Numbered from the stretch's first letter, positions 11,781-27,720 are shown. The stretch is DNA of 64,000 nucleotides from Octopus bimaculoides (GCF_001194135.2 NC_068991.1:40337423-40401422); one strand, 5' to 3'. Notes: generated by a model from the sequence alone, not told the origin. Numbers and translations are program-made.

Positions 11781-12994
11781 CTAACACAGCAATTATTGCT
11801 TGAGTTTATGACACACACGCTGATAATTTATACACTAGTTTTAGTTGCCTTCATTGGATCAATTGGGTGCTACATACTGATTTGGACAATTCTTATAAGT
11901 AGTATTTAGTTAGCGTAAAGTACAGCTGACCTGCCATTAGTGAAACCAAACAGCTTTTGTTTTTTTGTTCTTTGTTTCCAGCAACAGTATTAGAATCCTT
12001 AGCAGTTTACCATCTATCATTTTCTTCATACTTGCTGTAAAAGGAAAATTTCTCTAAGTGGTTTAGATTTCACCTATTCAGCTATGTTTAACTCTTTCAA
12101 TTATGGTTACATATGCAGTGCCTCCAGCATGGCCTCAATTCAATGACTGATACCAGTAAAAGCTAGAATGAAATTAAGAGGTTAAACATTAAATTAAATT
12201 CGTTGCTGAATGAAAAAGTGCAGTAGTTTTAAATATTCTTTGTTGCTTTGTTGTTCCTTTTTGTTGTAAAGAATATGAAAAATAAATTTAAAATACACAT
12301 GACTTCAAGTACAAGTTTCCTGATAATTGTAATTAGCTTTTAATTTCTATAAAATCTGTGAAAATTTAATATTCATTTCATTGTGGGGTATATGATCTTG
12401 GACTACATAGTAATAAGGTCAAGCCTGATTCCAGTTGTATACATCTTCTTGTTTGACTATGAGTTCTACTCACATGTCAGGGCTAACTGGTGAGCAATTG
12501 GAAAAGTGCCAATCCATAAATAATAATTTCATCAATAAACAAACCACATACAACAGATATGGAATCAAACTGAATAATAATAATAATTAGACAACAGTGG
12601 CTTAACTCTAAAAGATAGTTATTTTATGTGTGTGTATTATTATTATGATTAATGGTAAACCGTTTGGATGAAAACCTTTACGAGTGCAATCAAGGTCAAA
12701 AATTCCATTCAGTTATTGACTCAAATCATGATAAATCACAGTGGTCTGTTTTTTTATTCCTCTCTTCATTATATTTGAGTCTTCAATAATAGAATTTAGT
12801 AACAAGTGCCCCACCACCATTTTATTTTTCCTATTTTCATTATACTCGTGTCTTTAATATTAGAATTTAAAAACAAGTGCTTTGGAGTATTTTATATGAA
12901 GATCACCTGTTTCTCATTGTTGGATGAATAAAAACTGTCAAGAGGCAATGAAATTTGGGGGGAAATTTTCAGTGAAGATGAGATCTTAACACAG

Positions 12995-13190
12995 CCATTG
13001 TTTAATCCTAAGTTTGCCTTGATCAGGTGGACTTAAGGTTGAAAGCACTCCAGCCATAAACCATCTCTGCTTTTATTCAGACATAATGTAACTAGAACTG
13101 AAATTCTTTAGTGTGTCTTTTCTAAAAAGACTGTAGGTATAATTTGAGGATGGTTTGGCAGTTATTTCTTGCAGATTGTGTAACTGCTTA
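12995..13190 (+). mobile_element. Dispersed SINE-like repeat; related copies near 31020-31140, 35540-35660 and 40710-40920
   Basis: Shared motif ttttt.aagac.g.ag..tg..atttga..gatttgg..g.tatttct in all four places. Confidence 0.5.
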
Positions 13191-16100
13191 ATCTACCCTG
13201 TGTTAATCAGTTCTCTTCAGGTACAACAAATCAGTTAGTACACTGGCTGTGTTTAATATTCATTATAGTCTAACTCATTATGCACTTATGCACTACAATT
13301 TTTTTTCTTTTGTAGCTTTTCATGCACTGCTAATTCAAAGGCCACTGGAGATTATGTATTTTATTGTGGTTTAAAAAATATTTACATCTTCAGTCACGTT
13401 AATAGCAAAAGTATGTTGTCTTTATATTTAGGTTAGAATAATTAAAATAGGATAGCAGTGGAGTATTATAATAGTTAAGCCTGGACATTTAAATGGCAGG
13501 ACTTGCAAAATTAAAGAGGATAGGACTTAGTGAAGGAGTAATTGGACTCAGCATGACTGAGTTTCACTGCTCGTTTCTCTTTAACCCCCCCCCTCTCTCA
13601 AGAAATTTTCAATTACTGCATAGCTGATGGCAAGGGAATGGAATCCTGGAACAAGGTTCAGGTGTAGCCTTAAACAGTAAAGCATCAGTAAAATGATAAA
13701 GCAAACAGGGGAATGGAGTGATCCCATAAATAACTCCAAATTTAGAAGTAAGGGAGATGTCTTAAATAATCATTCTTTTTTTTTTTTTTTTTTTGGTTTC
13801 CTTTACATACTCATATCAAATAATTTGGAAGAGTAATTAGTTATACAATATGGATAAATTATATGCATTGGTTAACTAATTAGCACAAATCAGGCATAGG
13901 CAGAGGTCAGATGAGCTTGGAAGTCAGACAGAAGCTTTAAGATACTCTTTACAAGTGATAATGCAGGTATAGTTGAACTGTTTTGAGCTGTTTTTGATGG
14001 CTTCTTCATTATGTCATTGAAATAAGATATATGAGCTTATATATATATAAAGAAAAGGAGTAGTTTTAATAAGTAAAATAATTAAGCATCAGTCTGATGA
14101 TTTTTTTTTTTTCTTAAGTTCTTAATGACTAAAAAATATTTTGACCACAGTCAGCATCAATTTTTTGAAAAACATATTTCCTGCTCTGTTTAAACAAGCT
14201 CACTTAACCCTTTTGTTATATTTCCATTGGAACACACTGCCTTTGTTCTAATTAATTTTGAAAATAACTTTTTTTTATACACTATCATGATGGGTGGGTT
14301 TGAATATCCAGAATTTGCTTGAATCACTTCCAAAAACCAACCCATCAGTGTGAAGAGGAAATGTCTGTATTTTAGATGGTGGCTATATAACATTCTCATA
14401 CCTGAACCTGTTGGGAAATTGAACAAAAAAGAGTGTAGGAGTATTTTCACTTAAACACAGTTACATTTTTCTCAAATGCACTGTATCTGCACACTGCCAG
14501 TTTTGGATTTACCAAATAGATAAGAATAGACTGGCCAAATTTGCTGTATAATCACTCATCCAGTTGATGATAAAAATGGAATTAGTACTGTTTATCTGCT
14601 AAACTGAGGCATGTAGCCCAATTACCTTGTGCAAGGTCACAATAAAGTAATTGTTAATAGTACATATATGTGTGTGTGTGTGTATGTATATATATTTTTG
14701 TTAATGGAAGACGAACACATTACTTACTTTCGACCACTAAACCTTTAAAATTGTCTAGTCTGTCTCATTACCACCATCATCATTGTCTGTTTCAAATTTG
14801 ATTGAATGAATATTAAATTAATATAAAGAAGTTTATATGTGTGTTTCAGCTTTATTACAGAATTTTATCTCAGTTGCTTTAGATTAGTGATAGCAAAACT
14901 TTAGCTTGATGTGGTTGAAATTTTAATTTCTTTAATAATCCTGTTATTGACCTGACACTTATAATGTGAACATCTATTTCAGTTTTAGGTAAATACTTAT
15001 AAATAAGCTTTTTATAACAAGGTATTGCAAGGAGACTTTTTTTTCTCTCCAAAGTTCATCTTGTGTCATCCAAAAACACTGTAGCATATCTCTGCAGCAT
15101 ATCACATGGTATCAGTCTGACATTACTGCTTTGGATGCATTCTTAAACCCAAAAAGAATTGCAATGTATTTTTATTTATTTTTTTCTTTAGTCTATAAAC
15201 AACAACTAGATTCCTTCCTCATTCTCATACTAACCAATTCAATCATAAATTTAAAGCAATTCTTGAAGTATAATTTCATTAACTATCCTATCTTAGTAAA
15301 ACCAAAAACAAAAGAGGCCTACATCAAAATATGTATGGTTAAAGGCTCCAAAGATTACTTTCCTTTTAAGATCCATAAACAGTTGTTTAGATGTGTGCAC
15401 ATTTCTATGAAGAATATCAAAACTAATATCTTATTTGGTCATCATAGGGCATTTTTATGTATTTTTACCAAATGGCAGCTTTTATAATCCCTACACTATT
15501 TTAAGCTCGCTTATATTCTTCAAAAACCTCTGCTGTGCTTTTTAATTAGTATAATTATTGGTAGGAAGTTTTATGTACAATAACCAAAACACAATACAAC
15601 TCTGAGACAGGTGTTTTAGTTTGGGTTTTTGATTATTTCTCTAAAATCTGAGCTACTTTGCCACTGTGCTTTGTACATATTACAGTTCAAATGACAATGT
15701 TATTTCAGATCATGAATTTTTTTTTTCTTTTCAATTAGTTCGTTTTTTTTAGTTATTATGCAATTGTAATATCTTGGTATTTTCAAGATGATTACTCTCT
15801 CCTTTTAACTCTAAAACTACTTTGAGATTTATTAATTTGCTATATTATTGTATATACCATATTTTAACTGCTTTTGCTGGAATCTGACAGCTATGGGAAA
15901 TTAACTTTAATTTCTAAGTAGAACTGAGTTTCTACTGCCAAATCTGACATGTTCTATTTTGTTGTGTTACACTGAAGTTGCTTTCAGAAACTGGCTGCCT
16001 ACCAAGACAATAATGCTGATGATTTCAAAGACACTCAGCAGGCATATAAGTATTGATGATGATGGCAACAGCAACGATGATTGTCATCATCATTAGCATT

Positions 16101-19100
16101 ACCTCATTCATTATTCACAATTTTGTATCCCTTTTAGATAAATCTGTAAGCTTGTTTGTTCTACTGTAGTTGGTGTCATTATTAATTTCTTCTGTTGAAT
16201 GAAAATCCCTTAGTCTCTTAACTAACCATTTTCACACCTTCTTCTACCTCCAGCAGTGGTTACCACCTACTAACTTACCAATTTTTCCCATTATGCATCA
16301 TTATTCTAGTAGTGATTTGTTTGCAGTGCACCACAAAAACATGTCTAGTCTTCTTGACATGTTGCACAATCTTTGTAAACAAAAATCTTATTGTTTCCAG
16401 TTCTCCATGTAATCATGTCCAAGCTGTTTATTACCTTACTTGGAAATGAGTGTAGGTGTCAGGAAGGGCATCTGGCCATAACAAACTCTGCCCCAGTGTA
16501 TTCACTTGACCTATACAAGTAGACGTTAAATGATGATGAGGACTCTACTCTCTGCATGTGATGTTCCACTGTTTACAAAAGATTGATTCTTCCCCGCTCA
16601 GTTATGACTTGCTTTCTAAATTCATTCTTAACTCTTGCTACTTGTCTCTTATCTATTTCTTCAGCTGTCACAATTTAACCATGTTTGACATAAAATACTT
16701 GCAGGTGAAACCAGACATCCCACATAGAGACTAAAAATCAGGATTTGAATTTTTGATATAAAAAATAGAAGGAATAGAGAGAAATGTCTTAATTGACCTC
16801 TTAGTTTTTTTCAAACCATTCAGCCATGCATAGCTTTGTCCACCAACTCAGATTTAAGTTAGCTGTAACATGTACTTACTAAGTAAATTACTACTTGACT
16901 TTAAATATATTGTTTCTAGTTTTTTTATATTAGCACTGATTTGAATTGCTTATCTTACATCAATTACATCTAATACTAATCACTATAATCTTGTTCAGGT
17001 ATTACCCTTATAGTACGTGTGTGTGTGTACATGTTTATATGAATGTGTATATGTGCACACATTGTTTATATATGTATATATATATATATAGCTTTGAACT
17101 TTAATGAGAAACAAAAAAATAAGAGAAGGGAGTAAGACTCACAGACTACACTCTGTTAGACAAGGAGCCTTTACACTGCTAGTTAATTTTTTCCACACTT
17201 GGCATATCTGTAAGATTGGTGCTCGTTACCGCTTTCTGTGGCATTAAGTGGCTGAGAGAGAAATATCCAATTTGGTTGCATGTTAGATTTGGTTGAATCA
17301 GTTGAAGCATATTACTTATAGTGTCTACTAACAGGCAAAAGAAATACTCATTTTCACTCTGACAAATGGAAGGAACACATGGGCATTATTATTAAGAATC
17401 TTGTCCAAACAAATCCAAAAACTCAGTCTTCAGCAATAGATGAAAGTGATTATTTTGCACTAGTTTCATTTTTTAATAGTTTTATGCTTAAATTTTTTCT
17501 CGTTAAATACTATTTGTTAACTCTTTCATGTGCCGATAGGTATTAAACTTCAAATAGATCCTCAAGCATATTCATTTATCTGATGATAAATATCAGTTAT
17601 TTTTACCAAAGCTTGTTGCATTTTTTTTTTTTTATATCTAAACTGAAAAATTTTTCTTCAAATTCCATTCTTTTAATTTTCATTATATACCTGACCTTGT
17701 TTACTTACTAAAAGTTCAATGGTGTGTTGCTTTAGTTCCTGTCATAAAATTTGAGACTGGATAATGGTTCCCATCTTCAGTTTTCTTGTCATACTAACAT
17801 AGATATCCCTATCTCACCACGATTCTTTTGCATGTCTTGATTATTTACTTCTCACTGTAGCCCAGTCTTTTAAGATCCAAACTAACTATTTCACTTTTAG
17901 TCTGTTTTTTCTTTGGGCATTTGCCGTCACTTAACCATAAACTCACAGCACTTTTTCAACCAACCCTACTACTTGTCTATAATGTAGTAACTCACTCTAT
18001 ACTGACCAGTGCTTTTGCTATTCAACTGCCTTTCAACCAACTAAATGTAATCAGCTTGTTTATTTCTAATCACTCTAACCTTTTTCATTTAGTCTTATGT
18101 TTAGGGGTGTAACAAAATGCCTTGCAGTATTTGTTCCAGCTTTTACGTTGTTTGTTCAATTCCCACTGAGCTCAGCTTTGCTGTTCACCCTTCTGGGGTT
18201 AATAAAATAAAGAACCAGTTAAGTATTGGGATCAATGGAAACAACCAACACCTGCTCCTTAAAACTGCTGGCCTTGTGCTTAAGAAACAATTGTCATCAG
18301 CATTACTATTCTGATACATGCTATATTTGTACAAGAAAGAAACACCTCTAATTGGTGGGGGGGAAAGGTTCATAAAATATTTGACCTACTTCGTTCAAAT
18401 CCTGACCACTACAACCACCATTGCTTTTAAGCACTAAGTAAATACAGTCTATCTACAACTTTCAGCTAGCCATCTCTTCAATCAATACTATTCAGTCTGT
18501 GGCTGTTCATGCTTTTAGTTACTTCACTCAATCTAACATTATTATAATTAGCATATCACTGAAGCTCGGTTTTTCAATGCATTTTTGCTACATTCCTAGC
18601 AGTGATATCTGGTATGTCTTCTACATGCTTTCTTTTAACTATAGTCTGTTATTGGAGGTTTTTTTAATACTATAATATAGTGCTGAAAATAAGTATCAAC
18701 TGTCTTATTAGACCAACTCAAAGTTACATGACAACTGAAATTATGAGTCTCTGTAGATCTGTTAGAGACTCTGTTGCACCTATTGTGCACTTAATCATTT
18801 ATTAATTATCCAATTTTGTGTCCTTACTTGTTCTCTTATTGACTACTAAATATAGTTCTTTCTTTGGATTGAAACTATATTGAAATAGTGATATCTGCTA
18901 ATTAATTCACATCTAAAATTATGTCTGCACATGTAACAAAGCCTGCTATTGCAAAAATGGACTGGTTACTAAGAAATGTATTGAACTGTAGTCAAGGTAC
19001 ATGCTTTCGTATACAATGAGTTAACTAGCAGGGCTCCATCACCACAATCAGAAGAAATATTTGACCCAATATGAAAACAAAAGGAAATTTTTCAAATGCT

Positions 19101-20451
19101 TACTAAATGTGTAGAGAATGTAATTTGCACTACTGCCTATTTATAGCCAGCAATATCTAACACAAATTGTATTGCTAAGTAACTATGTGTTAATGCATTA
19201 CTATTTCATTTTGTTTTTAATATAATCTACAGCTCACCAACCATATTTCTGTTGGATAGAGCTAGGCTGGATTTTTATATATATATAACTATATTGCTTT
19301 CTAAAGAGCAATTTGATAAAAAAGAATGTTTTAGTTTGGTTCATAATATTTCAATAACAAGCTTGAATTTTTTAGAGTAAATACTCAAGAAAACAAAACT
19401 GATGCTTAACTTCTGGGTGAGCAGATTAAAGGAATAAAATCCTTAATTATAAGCTGCTACCATTTAACTTTAATCTTAAAACATAAGATAAAGTTGTCCT
19501 CTAACCATGTTTAAACACTATTGTAAAGTAATAAATTATATTCTTAGAACTAGCTAATCTGTCTCCACTGTCTCTGTCCTGAATAGTCAAGTTTTATAAT
19601 CTAGTTTGAAAAGAATTAGCAATTGTCTGTTATAATTAATATTTTGTTAATAAATATTTTATAGATTTAAGTAATGCAGCATCAAATTGCAGTCCTATTC
19701 TCACAGTAGCTTGAGAATTACTAATTAGTAATAAAGCAGCCCTTTACCCTAGTGCCTATTCATTTCCATTAGCAAATCTTCTAAATTTCTTAGATTTGAC
19801 ACATCCTCCTTACAACAAAATGTCATGTCATCGATTTTTTTTTTTTTTTTGTCCTATCAACAAGTACCTGAATAGTTGTAATTATATTAAACTACCAATG
19901 TCTCACAATATTTGTATTTGCACATTTGAACAATAATGCAATGCTCATTAAATATGCAAAGCAAATCTAACCATGAGAATACTGAAGAGAATTTAAAGCA
20001 AAACTACTTGGCTCATATTTTGAAACCCCATCTTCTGCAGCCATTTCTAATTGAAACAGTGTAGGAGGAATTTCTACATATTCTCACAAAATTACACAGG
20101 CCTATTTACTTTGGCCTTTTTTTTTTCTTTCATGTTTAATTTTAAGACGATGGCAATTGGTGCGGGAAAACACCAGCCTTCAATTGTCTACTATTTTCAT
20201 TTCTAGGTCAGTCTTCAGAATCTAATGGTAGATATTAAGTAGTTAAACTTAGATGAGATTGCTATGTTTTTGACATCTGTTAGAGTGTGGTTACTAAGTA
20301 GGTTTCATATTTAAAGACTACTTTAATACTTTGTCAATTTCATATATATACAACTAGTCTGCTTTTGATTGGTTAACACATTTAAATGACTTCATCAATT
20401 ATAACAGTTTATTAAATCTAAATTTAATATGGATTTTATTAGTAAGTCTAT

Positions 20452-20760
20452 GTTACAGTGTTCTTAAAAAGTTGTTATGGATATTGAATACTGTTATTTT
20501 ATCGATGTGGAGTTCATGTGCAACGTCATTATTTGACAATATTGGCTGGCAGCAATCAAAATTTCCCATGAAGTTCAGCAGCCTCGGTTTCCATCCAACA
20601 TCCTGACATTGCCAGCCTGTGTTCGCAATATTGCTTCCAGTCATACACTCATCTACAAAACTCTCTCTAATAAAGCCATGCCTAATGTAGGCCACAAGTT
20701 CAGGACATCAGAAGCTGTTTAGATTCACAGTGGCCTCACTGTCTCCCAGAAAGAAGGCAG
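20452..20760 (-). mobile_element. Highly decayed mariner-like transposase N-terminal relic
   Basis: Minus-strand fragments VYDW and DVAHELHIDKITVFNIHNNF resemble the two HTH regions of mariner transposases. No TIRs were found. Confidence 0.3.
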
Positions 20761-21698
20761 TAGTTAATTAACATAACTGGGACAGTATCAAATATTCCAC
20801 CTGCACAAGGATCCAGTCTTCCTTCAACCAACACCATCTCACTTGCCTCCAAAAGCCAAGCAACAATACCTGGCTTCATATAGTACCCTTTTATCAACTG
20901 GTACCCTTCCCAAAGATGAATTAATACTTATTAGAGTTACTCTGCTCATCAGCTCCCATGTATTTGAGTTACATAAATGTTGTGAAGCTGCTGTCAATAA
21001 GTCTGGAGTGCACCTACTTTCTTTTCATCACAGTGTGGATTATTTCCCTACTGTTCACCAAACTGAATAATGTTATTAAAGGTAGCTTTGGTGTTGTTGG
21101 TTTCTCTGTTATAACTAAAGTGTGTTATTGACTACAGTTATTCTGATGAGATAACCTTTTTCCTAGTCAGCATGGGCAAGGGGGACAAGTTGCTCAACTA
21201 GGATGGTACATGTCACATTCTCTAGTGTCAACCTTGCCACTTCTGCTGCCTGCAAAGCAGAAGAGTGGAAGACCTCTGGCATCAGGTTGCTGCTCTCTTC
21301 TGTCAAATTGGAACAAAGGCAATGCACTTGAAATAAGAAAGAACCCTTTGAAGCAGAATAGCTAATGCCATAGATATCACTAGTTGTTGTTTATATAGCC
21401 ACACCATTATGATATTATCTATGGGACATAGACCTTTTTTTTTTAAATTGAGATGCTTTCATAGCTGAATATCTTTCAAATTACCTGCAAAAAAAAAAAA
21501 AAGATTGCATTCCTTTTGACACTTATATACCACTTAAATGGAGAAATATAATTTACTCATATAACAGAATTCTATAAAATTTTCACTTAAATTATAATTT
21601 ATAACTAATTTCATTTTCATATAGTTATCAAGTAAAATGTTTCTTTAGGTAGGATAATGTAAACAAATGTTATATGAAATGGTAATAATAAATTATCA

Positions 21699-21902
21699 GG
21701 AGGCGGTAAGCTGGCAGAATCGCTAGTGTGCTGGGCAGTTCAACTGTCCTTACATTCTGATTTCAATTTCTGCTGTATTCGACTTTGACTTTCATCTTTT
21801 TGAGATCAATAAAATAAGTACCAGTTGTGCACTAGAATCAATCTAATTGATTATCCCTCTGCCCCAAAATTGCTGGCCTTGTGCCAAAGTTTGAAATCAA
21901 TA
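21699..21902 (+). mobile_element. tRNA-headed SINE, family B; other copies at 18115-18290, 37393-37510, 56840-57015 and 57821-58045
   Basis: Shared head gg(c)gg..agctggcagaat.gttagc, core gactttgcctttcatcctt..gg.gtc.ataaa.taagtaccag, and end aattgctggccttgtgcc.aaatttgaaa. Confidence 0.75.
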
Positions 21903-23106
21903 GTAAATTATCAGAACTTCATGAACTATTATTATATTTTCAAATATTGTAATTTTAAGTTTATTTGTTGGCATTAAGATAATTATTGTCCTAATGCTAG
22001 TTATTCACTCAACCATAAAATAAATTTTAGCTTCACAATAATATTTTCTGTATTCAATCATGGAATTTCATCTTCTATAATTTGATTTCTGAGCTGATGT
22101 CATTGCAGCGCTAGTAACTGCTTTCTAAATGTCATTGCATTGCTTCTACATAAATTAAAATTACACAAGTTAAACAACTCTTCTCAAAATCACTTATAGA
22201 TATACTCTGCCAATTTTTTCTATAAAACATTTAGACATTCATGCAAAACTTAATGCTTTACCAGAAACTGCCATTAATCATTTTATAGCAGGTTTTTATT
22301 TCTTTTTCTTTTTTAAATAGTTTTGTATTTGATTGCCCAATTTTGTGAATTTTGTTCTTGGTACATCATGTCTAACCACTTCAATCTCAAAAAATGTTCA
22401 TCAGTCTCTGATGAAAAGTTATACATATATTACTATTTAATCATTTATTTACTTTTATCATTGGTATTGTGTGAAGTTAATTGTAACATTGTGATTTTTT
22501 CCTCCATATTTTTTTTTATAAATAGATAAATGTAAATATTTGAATTGAAGAACATGTCTTTTGCCTGACTTACTGCATTTTGTTGTACTCAGTTACCATT
22601 CTACTATATTTGCACATAAATTTTATATTTTTACAATCACACGTCCCTGTTTAGGAATTTTCAATCGACATTATCTGAAGTGAATATGTATTTGCCTAAC
22701 CCATGCTAGCATGGAAAAACAGAAGTATAAAAAACAAATGAATGGGTAATTCCATTCTCTAATGGAACCACAATGTCTTAGAAAAAATAGACCTTACCAA
22801 ACATAGTAAATATTTGTAGTAAGGATGTGTAATGACAATGGCCCATACTAAATGTCATTCCAGATTTGGTTGATTTCCCTTATGTCCTAAATTTAGATCC
22901 TTTTGGTGTTAACTTTACATTTCACCCTTTTGGAGTCAAAATCAATATTAGTTAAATACTAGGGTCATTTCAATAAGCAACACCATTTTCAACAAGATAT
23001 GTGACCCTGTGCCTGTGTTAGAAATCTAGTCTTTAGGCACTGTAGTGGCACAAGCACTGTTGTATTTATTTACATCTTTTTGCATTACAAGTTCAAATAA
23101 CTTTAA

Positions 23107-23319
23107 CCCTTTAGTATTTAAACTGGCCGTATCCAGCCTAAATATTCTACCTGTTTTATTTTCAAACTGGTCAGACTCAGCCTCTCACACTTCTCCTACA
23201 AAGTCATTTAAAAAAAATAAACAATCACAGTTGAAATCTTGAAGCTACAAAATGATTAATTCAAAACTCTGAGAATAAATAAGCATTACATTTGACAGGG
23301 TAGTCTGAATGCTAAAGAG
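23107..23319. mobile_element. ~215-bp MITE with TTAA flank and CCC ends (piggyBac-like)
   Basis: ttaa|ccctttagtattt ... gaatgctaaagag|ttat; internal sequence is shared with 27961-28134, 42226-42375, 49985-51543 and 60031-60250. Confidence 0.7.
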
Positions 23320-26300
23320 TTATAGTCAGTAAAATAATTACCAATCACATACTGGACTTGATAAAGTCAACTACACTTCTTTGCAAAGTGTGTGGTCTTC
23401 CAACCAACTAATCCAATAATCTTTCTGCATTTGATAAAATACATAAAATAAATAATACAAGTAAATAATTAACTATATCATTTTCCACCTCTATTGAATG
23501 GTCTTTGAGCATAGTAAAAAATAATACCAATGAACTGAATTGGCACAGAGAATAGGTTTTTATGGTGACTAGTACTGTACATTATGTATTATAGTTCAAG
23601 TACTAAAGCCAGAATTTATCGTCTTTATTATTATTGTTGTTGTTATTATTATTATTATTATTCCAGTAATCTTATCGTTGAAAGCTTTTACTACATAACT
23701 ACATGGCTCTATGTGCCTTGTCTACATGGAGTGTTTCATTTTCTATTTTTATTGTATTGCGGATACTCTGTGTAATATAAGTGCATAACTTTACTATTTT
23801 CCTGTGTTTATGTAAGTCCTGGGGTCTGAGATATATTTCACTGCGTCTCTTATTCTTAAGGCATCTGTTATAGTGGGGATTGTTTCTGTGTTTAGTCCCT
23901 ATATTCTACATATTTTTATTTCCCCATTCTTTGTATTTAGTTAGTTTCCAGTTGAAATTGATAAAGCAATTAAATCTTTGATATTAGTATCTTCATTATT
24001 TTTTAAATTAATCAAAATACAAAGGCTGTATTTCAACAGAAATATAGTTACTTTTTAGTTAATGTCTTGTCAATCTGTATTGTACGTTGGTCACTCTGTC
24101 ATTCTGTAAGATCTATGATGTGTGTATCATCTCTGTGATGATGCACTTATTAACTCATATTAATCTAAATATTAACGATATCATCAGCCAGTTCTTACTG
24201 TGTCTAGGAGTCAGCTTGCCAAGGCTCTCCAGTTTACTCTGTGTTGTGCTGCATGTATAGAAATCAGACAGGCTTTTGTTTTCAGTCCATTCTTTGATAT
24301 CATCAGTTCACACAATTATCTTTGATGGCCTCTTGCTTTTAACAATATGCATGTCAACAAATGCTGCCATTAACAAATATTAACCATAGAAATACACTTG
24401 AAAGGAGTATATATTGTAGCAGAAATCAAACTATCAGCTGTAGGGTTATTATTCAGTCAACTTTGATTTTCATCTTTCTAGGGATAAAATAGTAAGCAGG
24501 GTTTAACTGTAACCAATTTAATTCACTCTACGGTCTCCTCCATGTTTATGACCTTGCTCCAATATAGAAAATCAGTGGCAGAAATGGTAAATCCATGCTA
24601 ACTGCTAAACTGTTATCTAGTTATACCCTTTTATGTGATGTTAACCCTATTATAATCAACTTTATCTTTTGTACACTTCAAGTTCAATATTATAAGTACT
24701 GGTGATATACTGAATATTCATTCCTTCAGCTATGGACTCTTCTACCAATGTGAGAAATATAATTGATATATAGTTAATAGTTTGATTTTAGCTGCAATAT
24801 CTGTAATTTTCAAGATGTGTTCTCTTTTAAATGGTTGGTATTGGTTAACAACTGCATCATAGTAGAGTCATACTAGCCATTTGAAATACAGTTATATTTT
24901 CCATTTTATTATATATATAATAAAATATTAGTGAATATGGTTAAGTTCTATCCCTCATCAGATGTTGACCAAATATCATCACAATTTCAACACTTTCCAT
25001 CCAACTTCAATAAACTACATTAGCTAATAATGCAGTAATATTTAATCATTAGCTATATCATTTTCCACCTGTATTGAATGGCCTTTAAACATAGTAAAAG
25101 ATAACGGTATATGATATCAGTAAATTGAATTGTTACAAATAATACATTATAATGTTGACTAGTGCAGTATATTATATATTGTACTTCAAATATTTGAGTC
25201 AATTACATCAATCATCTCTTCAAGATCAATAAAATAAGTCCCAGTAATATACTGTATCAAGTCATATGACTTGGCACATATGAAATCATTCAATGATTTA
25301 ATGTAAAGCTGATAGTTCTTGCTTTATTATTCCTCTTTTATTTAATATTACAAATCACTTTTATCTAATTACAATCATGAAATCAAAGCAAATATTTGAC
25401 TGCTTTTTCTTTCTTTCTGTATTTTTTTTTTTAATGTTGATGTTCCAGACCATAATTATTATGTGCATCATTATTTGAAATACAGTTCATCACTTATGTC
25501 ATTTATGAATCATCTCATTATTTTACATAGCTTTTCAGTGAACTATTAACATAAAACTGTTCTTATATTATTTGTATCCATTTGAAAATAAAATTGGTTT
25601 AATATTTCAATCAGTTATATAGATTTTTGTTGCTCCACTGCTGCTAAATAGTAAAACGAAAGTGGAGTCTTGTAATCATAATTATTTTAGCGTCAAATTA
25701 CTAGCCCTAAGCTTCATTTTATCAAAAGAGCTAGAAACTAAAACATGTAAGTTTAATCTTGCTACCTACTTACCTTCTTTCTCTCTCCTTGTCCTTATCT
25801 TAAGTTTTAATCAATGTAAGCAACTTGCTGAAAACCAGAAGGGAAGCCAGCACATATTCCTGCAATCAACTACAAACTGATGGACTACTTTTGGTTATGA
25901 AGAATATTTTTTACTTTTCTATTACAAAGAACAAAAACTACATCTATATTTTATTCATAAATCAGTGTGGAATGCCAAACTCACCACTTTATTCTGGGTT
26001 GTTGGATGCCTAGGGGGTTGGTGGATGAGGGATTAAATTATTTACTATTTCTGTTTTTCAATGAAAAACAAAAACAAATACTTTCTATTGAGACAATCTA
26101 CCAACTGGACGACATCACAGGCAAACCTTTAGATTTGTTATATCACAAATTCAGTTGAGGACCTTCACTGGATTCCACCAGTTGAATTAAACAATACCAA
26201 TGTATTTGAAGATGTCATTAGTGGTCTATTCTGCCACAATAGCTTGTGTTTAATGTAATCTATGTCCATCCTGTGTATTTGCAACTCAGGAAGCAAATCT

Positions 26301-27591
26301 AAACCTAAATTTCAAATGTAGATTAGATATCCTCCTATTAAATGGCAATAATTCCTACATTAATATCAATATTTATACTGACTGATTGGCTCTTTCATTT
26401 ATTCATGCTTGTCTTCATCAGCCTGATTCATGGTGTTGTGTTCTTAGCTTAGTTATTTTAATTCAAAAGAACATCCTGATTATGCTTCATAACTACCAGA
26501 ACTATTATTTCTTAGGATCTATTGTTGATGTTGATTGTACTTAGAAATTGGAAACAATGTCTACAACAGTAGCTGATTTACAGCCCAAGATAATAAAACA
26601 ATCTTTAAGGACAAGACATCTCATTGCATAATCAGTTATCAAGTTATTACACACCACCCTCTCATTGAGCCATGCTATGCTGCTGTTTAAACATTTCATT
26701 TCTACAGTCACTTTCCATCACTTAACTTTTCCTTGTTCTTCATTCTTTGTTATATATATTTGATAATAGATCCGGTTTCAAATTGTATTGAGACTTTTGC
26801 TTCATAATAATCTTATTCGCCCTTTGCTGTGCTACTCAACTTCATACTATTATTTTACAATTGAATACACTTATGACTTTGTCATTGATGTTGCACCTAG
26901 TGAAGTTCAGTTTTTGGATAGCACTTATGGATCATGATTCACACATATTTTACTTTCAAACTTGAGTTTTATTACTTTGTTACAGGAACTAAATTATTTT
27001 ATTCCATAACCTTATAACTCTGTTCTAACAATCTATGTTTATGAGAGAGACAATAATCCCAAGTATTTATCACTTACAAGCAACAGATATAAAAGTTTAG
27101 TAGTTAAGAAGCCACCAGCAAAGATATTTTTTTAAGGACAGAATGAGTGGCAGTTTTTTTTTTTTTTTTCTCCATAAATTATTCTTCATCATGGATATAT
27201 ACCTGTATACTAGTAGCCAAAAAATAACTGATGTGAGATTTTATCCCTTCAATATGCAATACTAATGTTGGTAGTCACAAAAGCTGCAGTCTGCATTAAT
27301 TTCAAGCTACAGCAACACTATTAACACCAGTAGTAGCAGCTGTTTTATGAAGATACACCAACTCTGCTGTAGTAGAGACTAAGAGCTGAGAACAAATCGA
27401 TGATAAATACTTACTTGGATTTCAAACATACCAGTCAGTTGTTAATATTATTGTTCATTACAGTATTTATCCAATGTAAAATATCTACATAATTTCATGG
27501 AATAGAGTTCAACATTTAACCCTAGTGGTGTGTGATGGGTAAATTAAAATTGAATAGCAAATATGTTTACAGTTTTTAATTGTCAGTTTGT

Positions 27592-27593
<2 letters not shown>

Positions 27594-27683
<90 letters not shown>

Positions 27684-27687
27684 TATA

Positions 27688-27720
<33 letters not shown>

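Noticed and set aside
18930-19100. Possible mariner catalytic-domain relic (KPAI...)
   Set aside because: It is too decayed; no catalytic motif or TIR could be read.
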